Below are positions 45,370-55,156 of a DNA stretch of 64,000 nt, in pieces. Source of the DNA: an uncultured Clostridia bacterium (GTDB taxonomy: Bacteria > Bacillota > Clostridia > Christensenellales > UBA1242). Location: NCBI GenBank assembly GCA_944384405.1, contig CALWTH010000054.1, positions 2,277-66,276 of the forward strand. The letters are read 5' to 3'. Made by a program: the position numbers and the translations under genes. The stretch's first letter is position 1; each line of letters opens with the position of its first letter. The notes beneath the pieces were generated by a model. That model saw nothing but the letters and a program-made list of their open reading frames with translations, made no database searches and was not told the DNA's origin.

Positions 45370-45403
45370 TTGCATAGTACTGTATTATAAACTTGCATAG
45401 TAC
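45370..45403. promoter_or_regulatory. Two 11-bp direct repeats in the divergent PadR-like/DUF45 intergenic region (candidate operator)
   Basis: TTGCATAGTAC at 45370-45380 and 45393-45403, 23 bp centre to centre. Confidence 0.35.
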
Positions 45404-45409
45404 CTCAAA

Positions 45410-46078
45410 ATGTTGTATTATGATACCATGACAAATAAAATATATATAAAAAGAAGTAGGCGAAAAAGTGTCGCAATAAAAATTGACAATCAGGGAATAA
45501 TCACTGTTTTTTGCCCATTAAACTATCCAGAAACAAAGATAAAACAACTCATTTCAGAAAAAAGAAATTGGATATTGACTCATATAAAAAAAATAAACGA
45601 TGACAATTTAAAAAATGTTGATTTTATTAACTATAAAAAGTTATTACTTAGTGGCGTTGCTTATGATATCACATATGATGATAAAAATATCAAAATAGGT
45701 GACGTAGAACAAATAAAATACCGTAAAGATATGGTGTCAAGTTTAAAAAAATGGTTAAAGAAAAGGGCAGAGGAAACACTTGAAACAAGGCTAAATCACT
45801 GGGCAAGAGTTATGAAACTGTCATATAGCAAGTTTTTTTTGACACAAGCACGCAAAAAATGGGGTAGTTGCGACAATGAAAAACGAATTAGGCTTAATTT
45901 TCGCCTAATAATGCTCCCAGAAGATTGTATAAACTATGTTTGCATACACGAACTATCGCATCTATTGTATCTCAACCATAGTAAAAAATTTTGGAATACA
46001 GTTGCAAAATTTATGCCAAATTATAAGACAATAAAAAAGCAAATAAAGGATTATTCATTTACTTTACAGTTGTTTTAA
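45410..46078 (+). CDS. YgjP-like (DUF45/M48-related) metal-dependent hydrolase
   Basis: C-terminal WGSC...RLNFRLIMLP...YVCIHELSHLLYLNHSKKFW (HExxH within the DUF45 signature). Confidence 0.7.
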   Translation: MLYYDTMTNKIYIKRSRRKSVAIKIDNQGIITVFCPLNYPETKIKQLISEKRNWILTHIKKINDDNLKNVDFINYKKLLLSGVAYDITYDDKNIKIGDVEQIKYRKDMVSSLKKWLKKRAEETLETRLNHWARVMKLSYSKFFLTQARKKWGSCDNEKRIRLNFRLIMLPEDCINYVCIHELSHLLYLNHSKKFWNTVAKFMPNYKTIKKQIKDYSFTLQLF

Positions 46079-46134
46079 TTAAAGCGATGTGAAAAAGGGA
46101 GGGGTAAAAAAACACTTTTTGATTTTACTAAACT

Positions 46135-46160
46135 ATTCGCAAAAGACAACTTTTGCGAAT
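46135..46160. terminator. Bidirectional terminator hairpin between convergent genes
   Basis: ATTCGCAAAAG-ACAA-CTTTTGCGAAT, perfect 11-bp stem. Confidence 0.6.
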
Positions 46161-46183
46161 AATAAGGCTAATAATATCACAAA

Positions 46184-47146
46184 TTATAGCAATTTTGCCA
46201 AATTCTTTAAAAAATTCACAAATTCATATATATCATTTTGAGTTATTAAATTATTTTTGTTAATTAAAGTTTCATTATCTGTTATTGATTTAAAAGTTTG
46301 CATAGCACTTACATTTATAAAATTTATAAGTTTTATGAACATATCATAAACATTATCTTCAAATAATTCATTTGGACAATTATACAAAATGCTTTCAATC
46401 AAAATTTGATTTAGTGACCTTGAATTTATATTTTTATATAAACCATTGAAAATTCTAAGTGCTTTAATGAAATTGTCATTTGTGCTTGATATTTTTGCGA
46501 CAATATTTTTTTCTCTATCTTTAAAATCAACATGTATCAAATTCATTGTAGTTTCATTGAAAAGCGTAAATTTTTCTCCGTTAGAAAAACATATATATAA
46601 ATTAATATCCATACCTAAATCTTCACTACAAAAAACAATTAAACCATAATTTGACACATACAATGTAGTTTTTGCAGTAAATCTTTTTGCAAGTTCGTAC
46701 ATCAATTCTTCTTTAAATTTTTGAAATGTATAGTTTGTTATTGTTGTATTTTCGTATTTTTTGTCACCTTTTGTTCTCTTTTTTCTATTCCACCACCTAC
46801 GTTTTTGCTTTTGAGCCTTAGTGCTATACCATGCTAATTTTATTTTATTAAAAAATTTTTTTAAATAGTTTTTGTTTAATTTAATTAAACCAAGTTCTAA
46901 TTGTGGTGATTTTATATTCATAAAAATATCAAGAGTTGAATTTTGTATTTGCGAATCGGTTAAACATTCATTGACAATTTGGCAATTATAATCTGTCACA
47001 ACTGGACGAGTTTTGGTAATTGTCTTCATTGTTTCATCTAATATATCAAGAAAAATACTATATGCATTTTTCACATAATTATAATTTATGCCCTTTGCAA
47101 AAGTTTCAATATATGTTTTATCAAAAGAAAAAACTTGATTTTTCAT
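46184..47146 (-). CDS. Hypothetical 320-aa protein (possible degenerate nucleotidyltransferase-fold protein)
   Basis: No firm motif. Internal Lys/Arg-rich insert KAQKQKRRWWNRKKRTKGDKK. C-terminal LIESILYNCPNELF resembles the helical motif after NTase cores (recollection only). Confidence 0.5.
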   Translation of the reverse strand: MKNQVFSFDKTYIETFAKGINYNYVKNAYSIFLDILDETMKTITKTRPVVTDYNCQIVNECLTDSQIQNSTLDIFMNIKSPQLELGLIKLNKNYLKKFFNKIKLAWYSTKAQKQKRRWWNRKKRTKGDKKYENTTITNYTFQKFKEELMYELAKRFTAKTTLYVSNYGLIVFCSEDLGMDINLYICFSNGEKFTLFNETTMNLIHVDFKDREKNIVAKISSTNDNFIKALRIFNGLYKNINSRSLNQILIESILYNCPNELFEDNVYDMFIKLINFINVSAMQTFKSITDNETLINKNNLITQNDIYEFVNFLKNLAKLL

Positions 47147-47224
47147 ATTATTATAATAAACTTAAATTAAACTATTAGTCAATTATTTATTTACAACTTG
47201 TTTTTGTTTTGCTAAAATGTTGGT

Positions 47225-48250
47225 ATGAGCGATTTTGTTAGAGAACGTGAATTAAAATGTCAAAATGGAATTAGCAAAAGTCTTGAAAAACTTCCTGACT
47301 ATTGCTTAAACTTTTTCTTATCAATAGAAAATTATACTTCGCCATTAACTAGATTAAATTACAGCAAAGATTTAGAAATTTTTTTTGATTATTTGGCAAA
47401 AAATGTTTTTAGGAAAAATGTAAAAGATATTACTTTTGCCGACTTAGAAAGTTTAAAAACGCGCGACATAGAAATGTATTTGAGTTATCTCACATATTAC
47501 GAATATAATGGAAAAACCTACCATAATGGTGAAAAAGGAAAAGCACGAAAAATTTCAACAATAAAATCTTTTTTTAAATACAATTTTAAAAATGACAATA
47601 TAAAAAGTGATGTTTCAGCCAAAGTTGACACTCCTAAAATACATAGTAAAGACATCATTCGCCTTGAAGTTGATGAAGTAGCAAAGCTTATCAATGAGGC
47701 AGATTGTCCTGACCATATGACAAAAAGACAGCAAGCCTATAACAAACACACAAGATCAAGAGATGTGGCAATACTTAGTTTGTTCCTTGGAACTGGTATA
47801 CGTGTTAGCGAATGTGTTGGAATAAATATCAATGATGTTGATTTTGATAACAACTCTTTTAAAGTCACTCGTAAAGGCGGAAATCAAGTGATTTTGTATT
47901 TTTCTGATGAAGTAAAAGATGCACTTTTAAAGTGGCTCGAAGATAGAGCAATTTGGCTTGAAAACAGCAAAGAAAATGCCCTGTTTGTTTCCCTTCAAAA
48001 GAAACGAATCACCACCCGAGCGGTTGAAAATTTGGTTAAAAAATATAGCAAAATCGCTTCCCCACTTAAAAAAATATCTCCTCACAAATTAAGAAGTACT
48101 TACGGCACTAACTTATATCGCGAAACTGGAGATATATATGTTGTGGCAGAAGTTTTGGGACATAAAGATGTCAATACGACTAAAAAACATTACGCAGCGA
48201 TGAGCGAAGATATTAGACGAAGCGTCGCCAATAAAGTAAAATTAAGATAA
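47225..48250 (+). CDS. XerC/XerD-family tyrosine recombinase
   Basis: N-terminal SAM-like domain; catalytic ARDVAILSLFLGTGIRVSE, HKLRSTYGTNLY, LGHKDVNTTKKHY. Confidence 0.8.
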   Translation: MSDFVRERELKCQNGISKSLEKLPDYCLNFFLSIENYTSPLTRLNYSKDLEIFFDYLAKNVFRKNVKDITFADLESLKTRDIEMYLSYLTYYEYNGKTYHNGEKGKARKISTIKSFFKYNFKNDNIKSDVSAKVDTPKIHSKDIIRLEVDEVAKLINEADCPDHMTKRQQAYNKHTRSRDVAILSLFLGTGIRVSECVGININDVDFDNNSFKVTRKGGNQVILYFSDEVKDALLKWLEDRAIWLENSKENALFVSLQKKRITTRAVENLVKKYSKIASPLKKISPHKLRSTYGTNLYRETGDIYVVAEVLGHKDVNTTKKHYAAMSEDIRRSVANKVKLR

Positions 48251-48257
48251 CAAAAAT

Positions 48258-48271
48258 AGAACAAATGTTTG
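48258..48271 (+). promoter_or_regulatory. LexA operator (Cheo/SOS box) upstream of lexA
   Basis: AGAACAAATGTTTG versus the Firmicutes consensus CGAACnnnnGTTCG, 47 nt upstream of the lexA start. Confidence 0.55.
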
Positions 48272-48317
48272 ACTTTTACAAAAGTTTTTGATATCATACT
48301 TTTGAAAAGGATTAAAA

Positions 48318-48920
48318 ATGAAAAAGTCAGAACAAAAAATGCAAGATATTTTAACTTTTATTGAAGAATACACCAAAAATTCTGGATATCCACCAACATA
48401 TCGCGAAATTTCAGCCAATGTCAATTTAAAATCAATAAATTCGGTAAAAAAATATCTTGACAGGCTTGAACTATCTGGATACATTAAAAAATCAGGATTT
48501 AAAAGTAGAAGTATTGATTTAGTTAAACAGGAAATTCCAACTGTAAATTTTCCAGTTGTAGGAAGAGTTGCTGCTGGTCAACCAATACTCGCTGAGCAGA
48601 ATATTGAAGATCGTCTTGTAATCTCCTCTTCCCTTATTGGCAATTATGATGATAGCCTTCTTTTTGCACTAAAAGTAAGAGGCGATAGCATGATAGATGC
48701 CGGAATTAATGATGGAGATTTGGCAATTGTACACTCACAAAACACTGTTGAAAATGGTGAAATTGCTGTCGCCATGGTTGAAGACAAGGCAACAGTAAAA
48801 TATTTTTATAAAACTAAAGACAAGATATCTTTACACCCAGCAAACGCCCTATATAAACCAATTGAAGGCAAAAACATCAGCGTCATTGGAAAAGTTGTTG
48901 CAATTATTAGAAAAATATAA
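48318..48920 (+). CDS. lexA: SOS repressor LexA
   Basis: N-terminal wHTH (GYPPTYREISANVNLKSINSVKKYL), cleavage site VAAGQP, S24 peptidase GDSMIDAGINDGD with downstream Lys. Confidence 0.93.
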   Translation: MKKSEQKMQDILTFIEEYTKNSGYPPTYREISANVNLKSINSVKKYLDRLELSGYIKKSGFKSRSIDLVKQEIPTVNFPVVGRVAAGQPILAEQNIEDRLVISSSLIGNYDDSLLFALKVRGDSMIDAGINDGDLAIVHSQNTVENGEIAVAMVEDKATVKYFYKTKDKISLHPANALYKPIEGKNISVIGKVVAIIRKI

Positions 48921-48977
48921 AATTATTTTAAAAAAACATTTTAATAAATTAATGAAATATTATATAATAGTTATGTT

Positions 48978-49053
48978 GCTGATATGGCTCAGTCGGTAGA
49001 GCAATTGATTCGTAATCAATAGGTCGCCGGTTCGATTCCGGCTATCAGCTCCA
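48978..49053 (+). tRNA. tRNA-Thr(CGT)
   Basis: GCTGATATGGCTCAGTCGGTAGAGCAATTGATTCGTAATCAATAGGTCGCCGGTTCGATTCCGGCTATCAGCTCCA; acceptor GCTGATA/TATCAGC; anticodon loop TTCGTAA. Confidence 0.88.
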
Positions 49054-49076
49054 TGCATCTTCTTTTTTCAAAAAAA

Positions 49077-49112
49077 ATAGTCATAAACTTTGTGTTTGTG
49101 GCTATTTTTTAT
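49077..49112 (+). terminator. Rho-independent terminator after tRNA-Thr
   Basis: ATAGTCATAAAC-TTTGT-GTTTGTGGCTAT (two G-U pairs on the plus-strand RNA) followed by TTTTTTATTT. Confidence 0.55.
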
Positions 49113-49131
49113 TTAATTTTAAACAAACAAA

Positions 49132-49863
49132 TTATAACAAAAATCCACCATCAATGACTATGCTCTGCCCTGTTATACAATCGCCAGTTTGTTCTGCCAA
49201 AAATAGTGCAAGATTGCCTATTTCCTCACCTTTTATCATACGTTTTGTAGGAATATTTTCAATAAGGTCATCAAGTTCTTGTTTTGACAAATTTTTATTC
49301 ATATCAGTATCAACAACACCAGGACAAATGCAGTTTGCAGTTATATTATTATATGCATATTCTTTTGCTATTGAGCGTGTAAAGCCAATTATTCCCGCTT
49401 TCGAAGCAGAATAGACTGATTCACATGAAGCACCTTCTTTTCCCCAAATTGATGATATGTTAATAATTTTGCCCTTACCATTTTTTAATAGATATGGCAA
49501 TGCGCACTTTGTAACATATATTGTGCCTTTTAAATTGGTATCAATTAAACTGTCTATCATGGATAAGTCTTCATCAATCAAAAGTGCTTTGTGGGCTATG
49601 CCTGCGTTATTTATAACAACATCTATATGTCCGAAACACTCGATTGTATAGTTTAACATATTTTTAATTTCATCAACATTTGTTACATCAACTTTTGTAC
49701 AGATGGCGTTGCCGCCATTTTTTAAAATTTCATCACACAGATTTTCAGCATATTGCTTTGACTTATTGTAACAAACAACAACCCCATAACCTTGACTTGC
49801 AAAAACTTTTGCTATGTCTTTACCTATTCCCTTTGATGAACCTGTTATGATTGCTACTTTCAT
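49132..49863 (-). CDS. Short-chain dehydrogenase/reductase (FabG-like)
   Basis: ITGSSKGIGKD cofactor motif, NNAG, catalytic YSASKAG; start at MKVAIITG with GGAGAG RBS. Confidence 0.8.
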   Translation of the reverse strand: MKVAIITGSSKGIGKDIAKVFASQGYGVVVCYNKSKQYAENLCDEILKNGGNAICTKVDVTNVDEIKNMLNYTIECFGHIDVVINNAGIAHKALLIDEDLSMIDSLIDTNLKGTIYVTKCALPYLLKNGKGKIINISSIWGKEGASCESVYSASKAGIIGFTRSIAKEYAYNNITANCICPGVVDTDMNKNLSKQELDDLIENIPTKRMIKGEEIGNLALFLAEQTGDCITGQSIVIDGGFLL

Positions 49864-49967
49864 ATTCTCTCCTAACAAAGTTAATATATCTTATTTATTG
49901 CTCATGTGCAAGTGTTTTTACAATCTTGACTTTTTTATCAGCATAATGTATCATAATAATAAGCGAG

Positions 49968-50549
49968 GTGCTTATGGATAACAAACAAAAAAGAATGCTT
50001 TTATCGTTGATTTACAGAACAATGGTCGTGATAACATTTATATGCTTGGTAACTGCAATATTCCTTTCTGCTAGGAGATTGTACTTACAAAATTCCATTG
50101 TGCAATGGCTTGACATAACACTCACAACTCTTGCAGGAATTCTCCTATTATTATCTTTATGTGATATTGTAACAACAAAAAAACTTGATGGTAAATACAC
50201 ATTAGCAAAATTTTATTATGCTATTATACTCTTAACTTTTTTAGCAACTATTGCCCTAGGAATATATGTCGGAATGTCCAATATAAACATTGTTGATTAT
50301 CTTGCATACCTTTTGCCAATAGGTCTAATCTTAGGTGTTGAGGTTTTTCAAGTAATTTACTTTATTGTAGGGTTAAAATTAACTGGACTTAGCAGAAAAA
50401 CTACGATAACTCTTGACTCGACTTCCCCAGCTCCAAACCTTGATGATGAAATACAATTAAAGAAAAAACTTGATTCATTGAATAGAAAACTTGAAATCAA
50501 AAAACTTCAGGACCAAATAGAAGATGTTGAAAAGAAACTTGACGAATAA
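49968..50549 (+). CDS. Hypothetical membrane protein (four TM helices) with C-terminal coiled-coil tail
   Basis: Hydrophobic helices followed by LKKKLDSLNRKLEIKKLQDQIEDVEKKLDE; no family recognised. Confidence 0.55.
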   Translation: MLMDNKQKRMLLSLIYRTMVVITFICLVTAIFLSARRLYLQNSIVQWLDITLTTLAGILLLLSLCDIVTTKKLDGKYTLAKFYYAIILLTFLATIALGIYVGMSNINIVDYLAYLLPIGLILGVEVFQVIYFIVGLKLTGLSRKTTITLDSTSPAPNLDDEIQLKKKLDSLNRKLEIKKLQDQIEDVEKKLDE

Positions 50550-50580
50550 TAGTTTAATTCATTATTTTCTAAACAACATA

Positions 50581-50617
50581 AAAGGAACTTTACTATTTTT
50601 GCAAAGTTCCTTTTTTT
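50581..50617. terminator. Bidirectional terminator between convergent genes
   Basis: AAAGGAACTTT-ACTATTTTTGC-AAAGTTCCTTT followed by TTTT. Confidence 0.65.
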
Positions 50618-50631
50618 ATTCTATTTTGTTT

Positions 50632-51660
50632 TTACAGTTTAAAACTAATCCTATCTTTTTCTATGTCAATGTTTTTTATTTCAACTTTAACTTTTTGACC
50701 AAGTTTTACTATTTCATAAATTCTCTTGTTGTTTGATGAAGTTGCATCAGAAACATGCAAAAGTCCAGAGATATTCATATTGTCTAATTTAATTATTGCA
50801 CCAAAAGCAAGGATTTTGACAACAGTGCCCGAATATTTTTCTCCAACTGCTAATTTTTTTAAAAGTGTTTTTCTTGGGTTTTCTGCTAGTTGTTTTAATC
50901 CAAGTGAAACTTTATGATTCAACTTGTCAATTTTTATAACTCTAAACTTATAAGTTTGGCCAACTTTTAAGTAATCTTCAACGTTTTCAACTCTTTCATA
51001 AGCAATATCTGAAATATGGATAAAGCATGAAATTCCATCAACTTTAACAAAAGCGCCATATGGCATAATTTTTTCAACCACGCCATCAACAACTTTGTTT
51101 ATGAATATACTACTCCAAAACTGATTTTCTAGTGACTCTTGCAGTTGTTCTTTTAACATTTTCACAGAACACACAATTTGTTTATCATCACGGTTGATTT
51201 CAGTGACTATGCCTTTTAATTGTTTGTTTAAATAATAACTTAAATGTCTTGGCCTCGTGTCAATTTCATCATGTGGAACAATTAAATCATAAACACCAAG
51301 TTTGGAAACAAGATCCCCATCTTTTATTCCAGTAACATAAAACGACACTTCTGAGCCAAATCTTAACTTTTCTGCAGTTGTCGAGCCTATGATGATTTGA
51401 TCGGCAATTTTTTTTGAAACACATACCATTCCATCTTCTGTCTTGGTGCCAAGTATTGCAACTTTGAACCTATCTCCAACTTTAACTGAATCATAATCAT
51501 CAAAATCATTTTTATCAATGAAAGCGTCACTTTTGCCACCTATATTGAATATAACGCCATCATCTCTTTTTAATATGACAACACCATCATAAATATCATC
51601 TTTTTTGTATCTGGCAAATGTCTTATCTATTTCGTTCAAATTAAATTTAACTTCTTCCAT
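50632..51660 (-). CDS. S1 RNA-binding domain protein (four S1 repeats; ribosomal protein S1-like)
   Basis: Four repeats of the S1 OB-fold pattern (e.g. GVVEKIMPYGAFVKVDGISCFIHISD, GTVVKILAFGAIIKLDN..GLLHVSD); cmk-plsC-S1 synteny. Confidence 0.75.
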   Translation of the reverse strand: MEEVKFNLNEIDKTFARYKKDDIYDGVVILKRDDGVIFNIGGKSDAFIDKNDFDDYDSVKVGDRFKVAILGTKTEDGMVCVSKKIADQIIIGSTTAEKLRFGSEVSFYVTGIKDGDLVSKLGVYDLIVPHDEIDTRPRHLSYYLNKQLKGIVTEINRDDKQIVCSVKMLKEQLQESLENQFWSSIFINKVVDGVVEKIMPYGAFVKVDGISCFIHISDIAYERVENVEDYLKVGQTYKFRVIKIDKLNHKVSLGLKQLAENPRKTLLKKLAVGEKYSGTVVKILAFGAIIKLDNMNISGLLHVSDATSSNNKRIYEIVKLGQKVKVEIKNIDIEKDRISFKL

Positions 51661-51715
51661 CGTTACTCCTGATTATAATTTAGCAGTATTCACAAATAAA
51701 GTCCACTAAATGAAA

Positions 51716-52288
51716 TTATTTTTTCTTGATTGTTTGTTCATGCAGTGCCAACAAATTTTGCTTTATTATTTGTGTACTATCTTTTAGTTGGTCTTTTGTC
51801 AATTTGAAAGACTCACCAACATAAATAGTGTTCAAACAAAATGGCTTTGGTTTTTTCTTTATCCAAATAGGTACAATCTCTGCATCGCCTTTGATTGACA
51901 AAAGTCCCGCACCTTCTTTTATTTCGCCAAGCACTTTGTCTGTTTTATTCCTTGTTCCCTCAGGGAAAATGCTTAAAATTTTTCCGTTTTTTAAAACTTT
52001 CAAACACTGTTTGATGGTCGAAATTTCAACTTTTTCTCTGTCAATAGGTATAGTTTTCATACCTTTCAAAATTGCCCTTAAAAAACAATTTTTGTAAAGT
52101 TCTTTTTTTGCAACAATGTGTTGTTCGCGCCAAAACATATTTAGCATAATAAGTGGGTCAATGTTACTCCTGTGATTAATAACAAAGACACATTTGCCTT
52201 TTGGGATTTTGGCAAATTTTTTTACTCTTGTTGGATATAAAAGCCAAAATGGTATATAGGCTATAATCTTCATTAACCAAAAGAACAT
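51716..52288 (-). CDS. plsC: 1-acyl-sn-glycerol-3-phosphate acyltransferase
   Basis: NHRSNIDP (HX4D) and FPEGTRN motifs. Confidence 0.85.
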   Translation of the reverse strand: MFFWLMKIIAYIPFWLLYPTRVKKFAKIPKGKCVFVINHRSNIDPLIMLNMFWREQHIVAKKELYKNCFLRAILKGMKTIPIDREKVEISTIKQCLKVLKNGKILSIFPEGTRNKTDKVLGEIKEGAGLLSIKGDAEIVPIWIKKKPKPFCLNTIYVGESFKLTKDQLKDSTQIIKQNLLALHEQTIKKK

Positions 52289-52289
52289 T

Positions 52290-52943
52290 TTATCTCCTTA
52301 TAAAACTTAATATTTTATCCAAACTTTGAGGTACTGTGTCATTTGTTGTGTCAATCACAATAGCATCATCTGCTTTTCTAAGTGGACTAATTTCTCTATG
52401 ACTGTCCTCATAATCTCGCTTTTTTAAATCTTCTTTTATTTTGTTTAAATCAACGTTTGACATCGTATTTTTTAATGTTTCATATCTGCGCATTGCGCGT
52501 GTATCAATGTCTGCAATTACAAAAAATTTATAATCGGCGTCTGGAAAAATTTCTGTTCCTATATCTCTACCTTCAACAACCAAATCATATATTTTTGCAA
52601 ATTTGCGTTGAATTTGTTTTACTTTTTCACGAACGACATTTAACTTTGAATATTCAGACGCTAAATGTGCAACACTAGGCAAAGACACATAATTTGAAAT
52701 ATCTTCTTTGTCAATGTAAACTTTTTGTTGACCATTTTCAAAAGTAACTAAAATATCACAACTTTGTAAAATTTTGGCTATTTTTTCTTCGTCTTGAATA
52801 TCTACTCCCTTTTTATTCAAAAAATATGCTATTGCACGAAAAATCATTCCAGTATTAAAAGGATGAATTTTTAATTTTTCAGCAACAAGCACTGCCAAAG
52901 TAGATTTTCCTGACCCAGCTGGTCCGTCTATCGCTATAATCAT
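52290..52943 (-). CDS. cmk: Cytidylate kinase
   Basis: IIAIDGPAGSGKST P-loop, VVEGRDIGT. Confidence 0.92.
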   Translation of the reverse strand: MIIAIDGPAGSGKSTLAVLVAEKLKIHPFNTGMIFRAIAYFLNKKGVDIQDEEKIAKILQSCDILVTFENGQQKVYIDKEDISNYVSLPSVAHLASEYSKLNVVREKVKQIQRKFAKIYDLVVEGRDIGTEIFPDADYKFFVIADIDTRAMRRYETLKNTMSNVDLNKIKEDLKKRDYEDSHREISPLRKADDAIVIDTTNDTVPQSLDKILSFIRR

Positions 52944-53665
52944 ATTTCCTCCATATTGCTAAAAAGCCATGATAGTTCATATTCGTTTAATTGTTTATAC
53001 ATGCCTCTTGTTAATCCGCCGAGTTTTATCTCTCCGATCCTAACCCTTTTTAATAATATAATGTTTTTGCCTATACATTCAAACATTCGCCTTATTTGTC
53101 TATTCTTGCCCTCATGAATAATAACGCTAAGTTTTGTTGTATTTGATTTTTGTTCAACAACGCTAACTTTTGCCTTAGGTAACCTGACACCATTTTCTAT
53201 CACACCATTTCTAAGAACAGCCAATTCACTTTCCGCTATATTACCTTCAATTTTAACTATGTACTCTTTTTCAATTTTGTTTTTCGGATGTGATATTTTC
53301 TGTGCAATATCACCATCATTTGTTAGCAAAATTAACCCTTCTGTGTCATAGTCAAGCCTTCCTATTGAAAATAGGCGCATATCACTTTTTACTAAATCAT
53401 AAATTGTCTTTCTGTTTGTGCTATCTTCTCTGCTACATAAATATCCTTTTGGCTTGTTTAACTTATAATAAACATAATTAGAAGGCAGGGATAATACCTT
53501 GCCTTCTATTTCAACTTTATCTTTATTTATGTCAATGTTAGTTGACAGTGAAGTGACAATTTTTCCATTTACTTTAACTTTGCCACTTGTAACAAAATTT
53601 TCACTTTTTCGTCTTGAAGCAACTCCGCAGAGTGCAATGTATTTGTTAATTCTCATAATCACCAA
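52940..53665 (-). CDS. rluB: RsuA/RluB-family pseudouridine synthase
   Basis: S4 domain RINKYIALCGVASRRKSE; catalytic GRLDYDTEGLILLTNDG; GKNRQIRRM. Confidence 0.88.
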   Translation of the reverse strand: MVIMRINKYIALCGVASRRKSENFVTSGKVKVNGKIVTSLSTNIDINKDKVEIEGKVLSLPSNYVYYKLNKPKGYLCSREDSTNRKTIYDLVKSDMRLFSIGRLDYDTEGLILLTNDGDIAQKISHPKNKIEKEYIVKIEGNIAESELAVLRNGVIENGVRLPKAKVSVVEQKSNTTKLSVIIHEGKNRQIRRMFECIGKNIILLKRVRIGEIKLGGLTRGMYKQLNEYELSWLFSNMEEI

Positions 53666-54795
53666 TTTTCTAAAATTCTTTTGATTGTGTCAATCATCTT
53701 ATTAGATTTAACCTCTTCCATAGTATATATTTTTTCAGAAAATAGCAAGTGATTATCAAAATATATTTTTATTTCACCCACAACTTGTTCTTTTTCAAGT
53801 GGTGCCGTTAAGTAGTCATCGATAATAACTTCAACTTTTATTTTTTGTTCTTCTTCGTTTGAAAGTGGATATGAAAATCCTCTTTGCGTGTAAACTTTGA
53901 CTTCTGGCTTGTCACTATTTTGCAGCGGTATGCTTTTTATATAATTATATGGTGGTAAAATATTTGCCATATGGTATTTAGAAAAACAATCTGAGAGCAT
54001 ACTTGCACTTTCTTCAAACATCGGACCACATGACAAAACAACGCAAATCAAGTGCATATTTTGACGTTTAGCACTGCTTACAAGACATCTACCTGCATCA
54101 TCTGTAAAACCAGTTTTCACGCCATTACAACCATCAAATGACCAAAGCAATTTGTTTTTGTTTTTTAAATATATATAACCGCCTTCACCATTTGGAATTT
54201 TGGTATTTTGAGTTGTGACAATTTCTTCAAAAATAGGATATTTATAGCATTCTCTAGTTATTTGAACAAGGTCATAAGCCGTAGTTTTGTGTCCTTCTTC
54301 ATCTAGCCCATGTGGGTTTTTGAATGTTGTGTTAAGTGCACCACATGCTTTTGCCTCATTTGTCATAAGCTGTGCAAATTCTTGTACTGAAGGACTGATA
54401 TGAAGCGCAAGTGCAGTTGCAGCATCATTACCTGACACTAGCATCATTCCATACAAAAGTTGTCTTACCGTTAGTTTTTCGCCTTTCTTTAAATAAATTG
54501 ACGTTCCTTCAATTCCTATTGCCCTATCGTCCACTTCCACAATTTCATCATAATTGTCACAATTTTTAAGTACTGTTAAAAAAGTTGCAATTTTAGTGGT
54601 GCTAGCATTCGCTCTTTGCACATTTTCATTTTTTGACATAAGAACCCTGTTTGAGTTTGCTTCAATAACGACCATTGCCTGTGCACTTGTTTCAGCGTAC
54701 ACTTGTTCATTTAAAGTTGTGTCTATAGGCACAAAAATAAACATAAATAAACATAACAACAAAAAACACGACAATTTATTTTTCATTTTGAACAC
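53659..54795 (-). CDS. D-alanyl-D-alanine carboxypeptidase (peptidase S11)
   Basis: Signal peptide; ASTTKI (SxxK), SGND (SxN), KTGFT (KTG); C-terminal PBP5-type domain. Confidence 0.85.
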   Translation of the reverse strand: MFKMKNKLSCFLLLCLFMFIFVPIDTTLNEQVYAETSAQAMVVIEANSNRVLMSKNENVQRANASTTKIATFLTVLKNCDNYDEIVEVDDRAIGIEGTSIYLKKGEKLTVRQLLYGMMLVSGNDAATALALHISPSVQEFAQLMTNEAKACGALNTTFKNPHGLDEEGHKTTAYDLVQITRECYKYPIFEEIVTTQNTKIPNGEGGYIYLKNKNKLLWSFDGCNGVKTGFTDDAGRCLVSSAKRQNMHLICVVLSCGPMFEESASMLSDCFSKYHMANILPPYNYIKSIPLQNSDKPEVKVYTQRGFSYPLSNEEEQKIKVEVIIDDYLTAPLEKEQVVGEIKIYFDNHLLFSEKIYTMEEVKSNKMIDTIKRILENW

Positions 54796-55156
54796 CTTTT
54801 TTATCTAGTTTATCAATAAGTACATTTGCTAAGTTGAGAACAGTCTGATAAGCACTCTTATCTTCAACATCAACAAATTTAACTTCTTCGCCATCTTCAA
54901 CTATAAATCCAATAGGAGTAACTGACAGTCCACCACCGCTTCCCCCTGCGAGTGGATACGGTGCTTTTTTATTAATGGAGTTGTATTGTCCACCACCCAC
55001 AACAAAACCAACAGACACTTTGCTAACTGGAATAATTATTTTACCAGTTGGGCTGACAATAGGATCACCTATTATTGTATTTGCTTCTGCCAAATTTCTT
55101 ATTTTTTCAATAGAGGAATTGATAAGTTCTTCAAGATAATTTTGATTGTTTTCCAT
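54776..55156 (-). CDS. ytfJ: Sporulation protein YtfJ (GerW family)
   Basis: IGDPIVSPTGKIIIPVSKVSVGFVVGGG...GGSGGGLSVTPIGFIV pattern. Confidence 0.8.
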   Translation of the reverse strand: MENNQNYLEELINSSIEKIRNLAEANTIIGDPIVSPTGKIIIPVSKVSVGFVVGGGQYNSINKKAPYPLAGGSGGGLSVTPIGFIVEDGEEVKFVDVEDKSAYQTVLNLANVLIDKLDKKGVQNEK

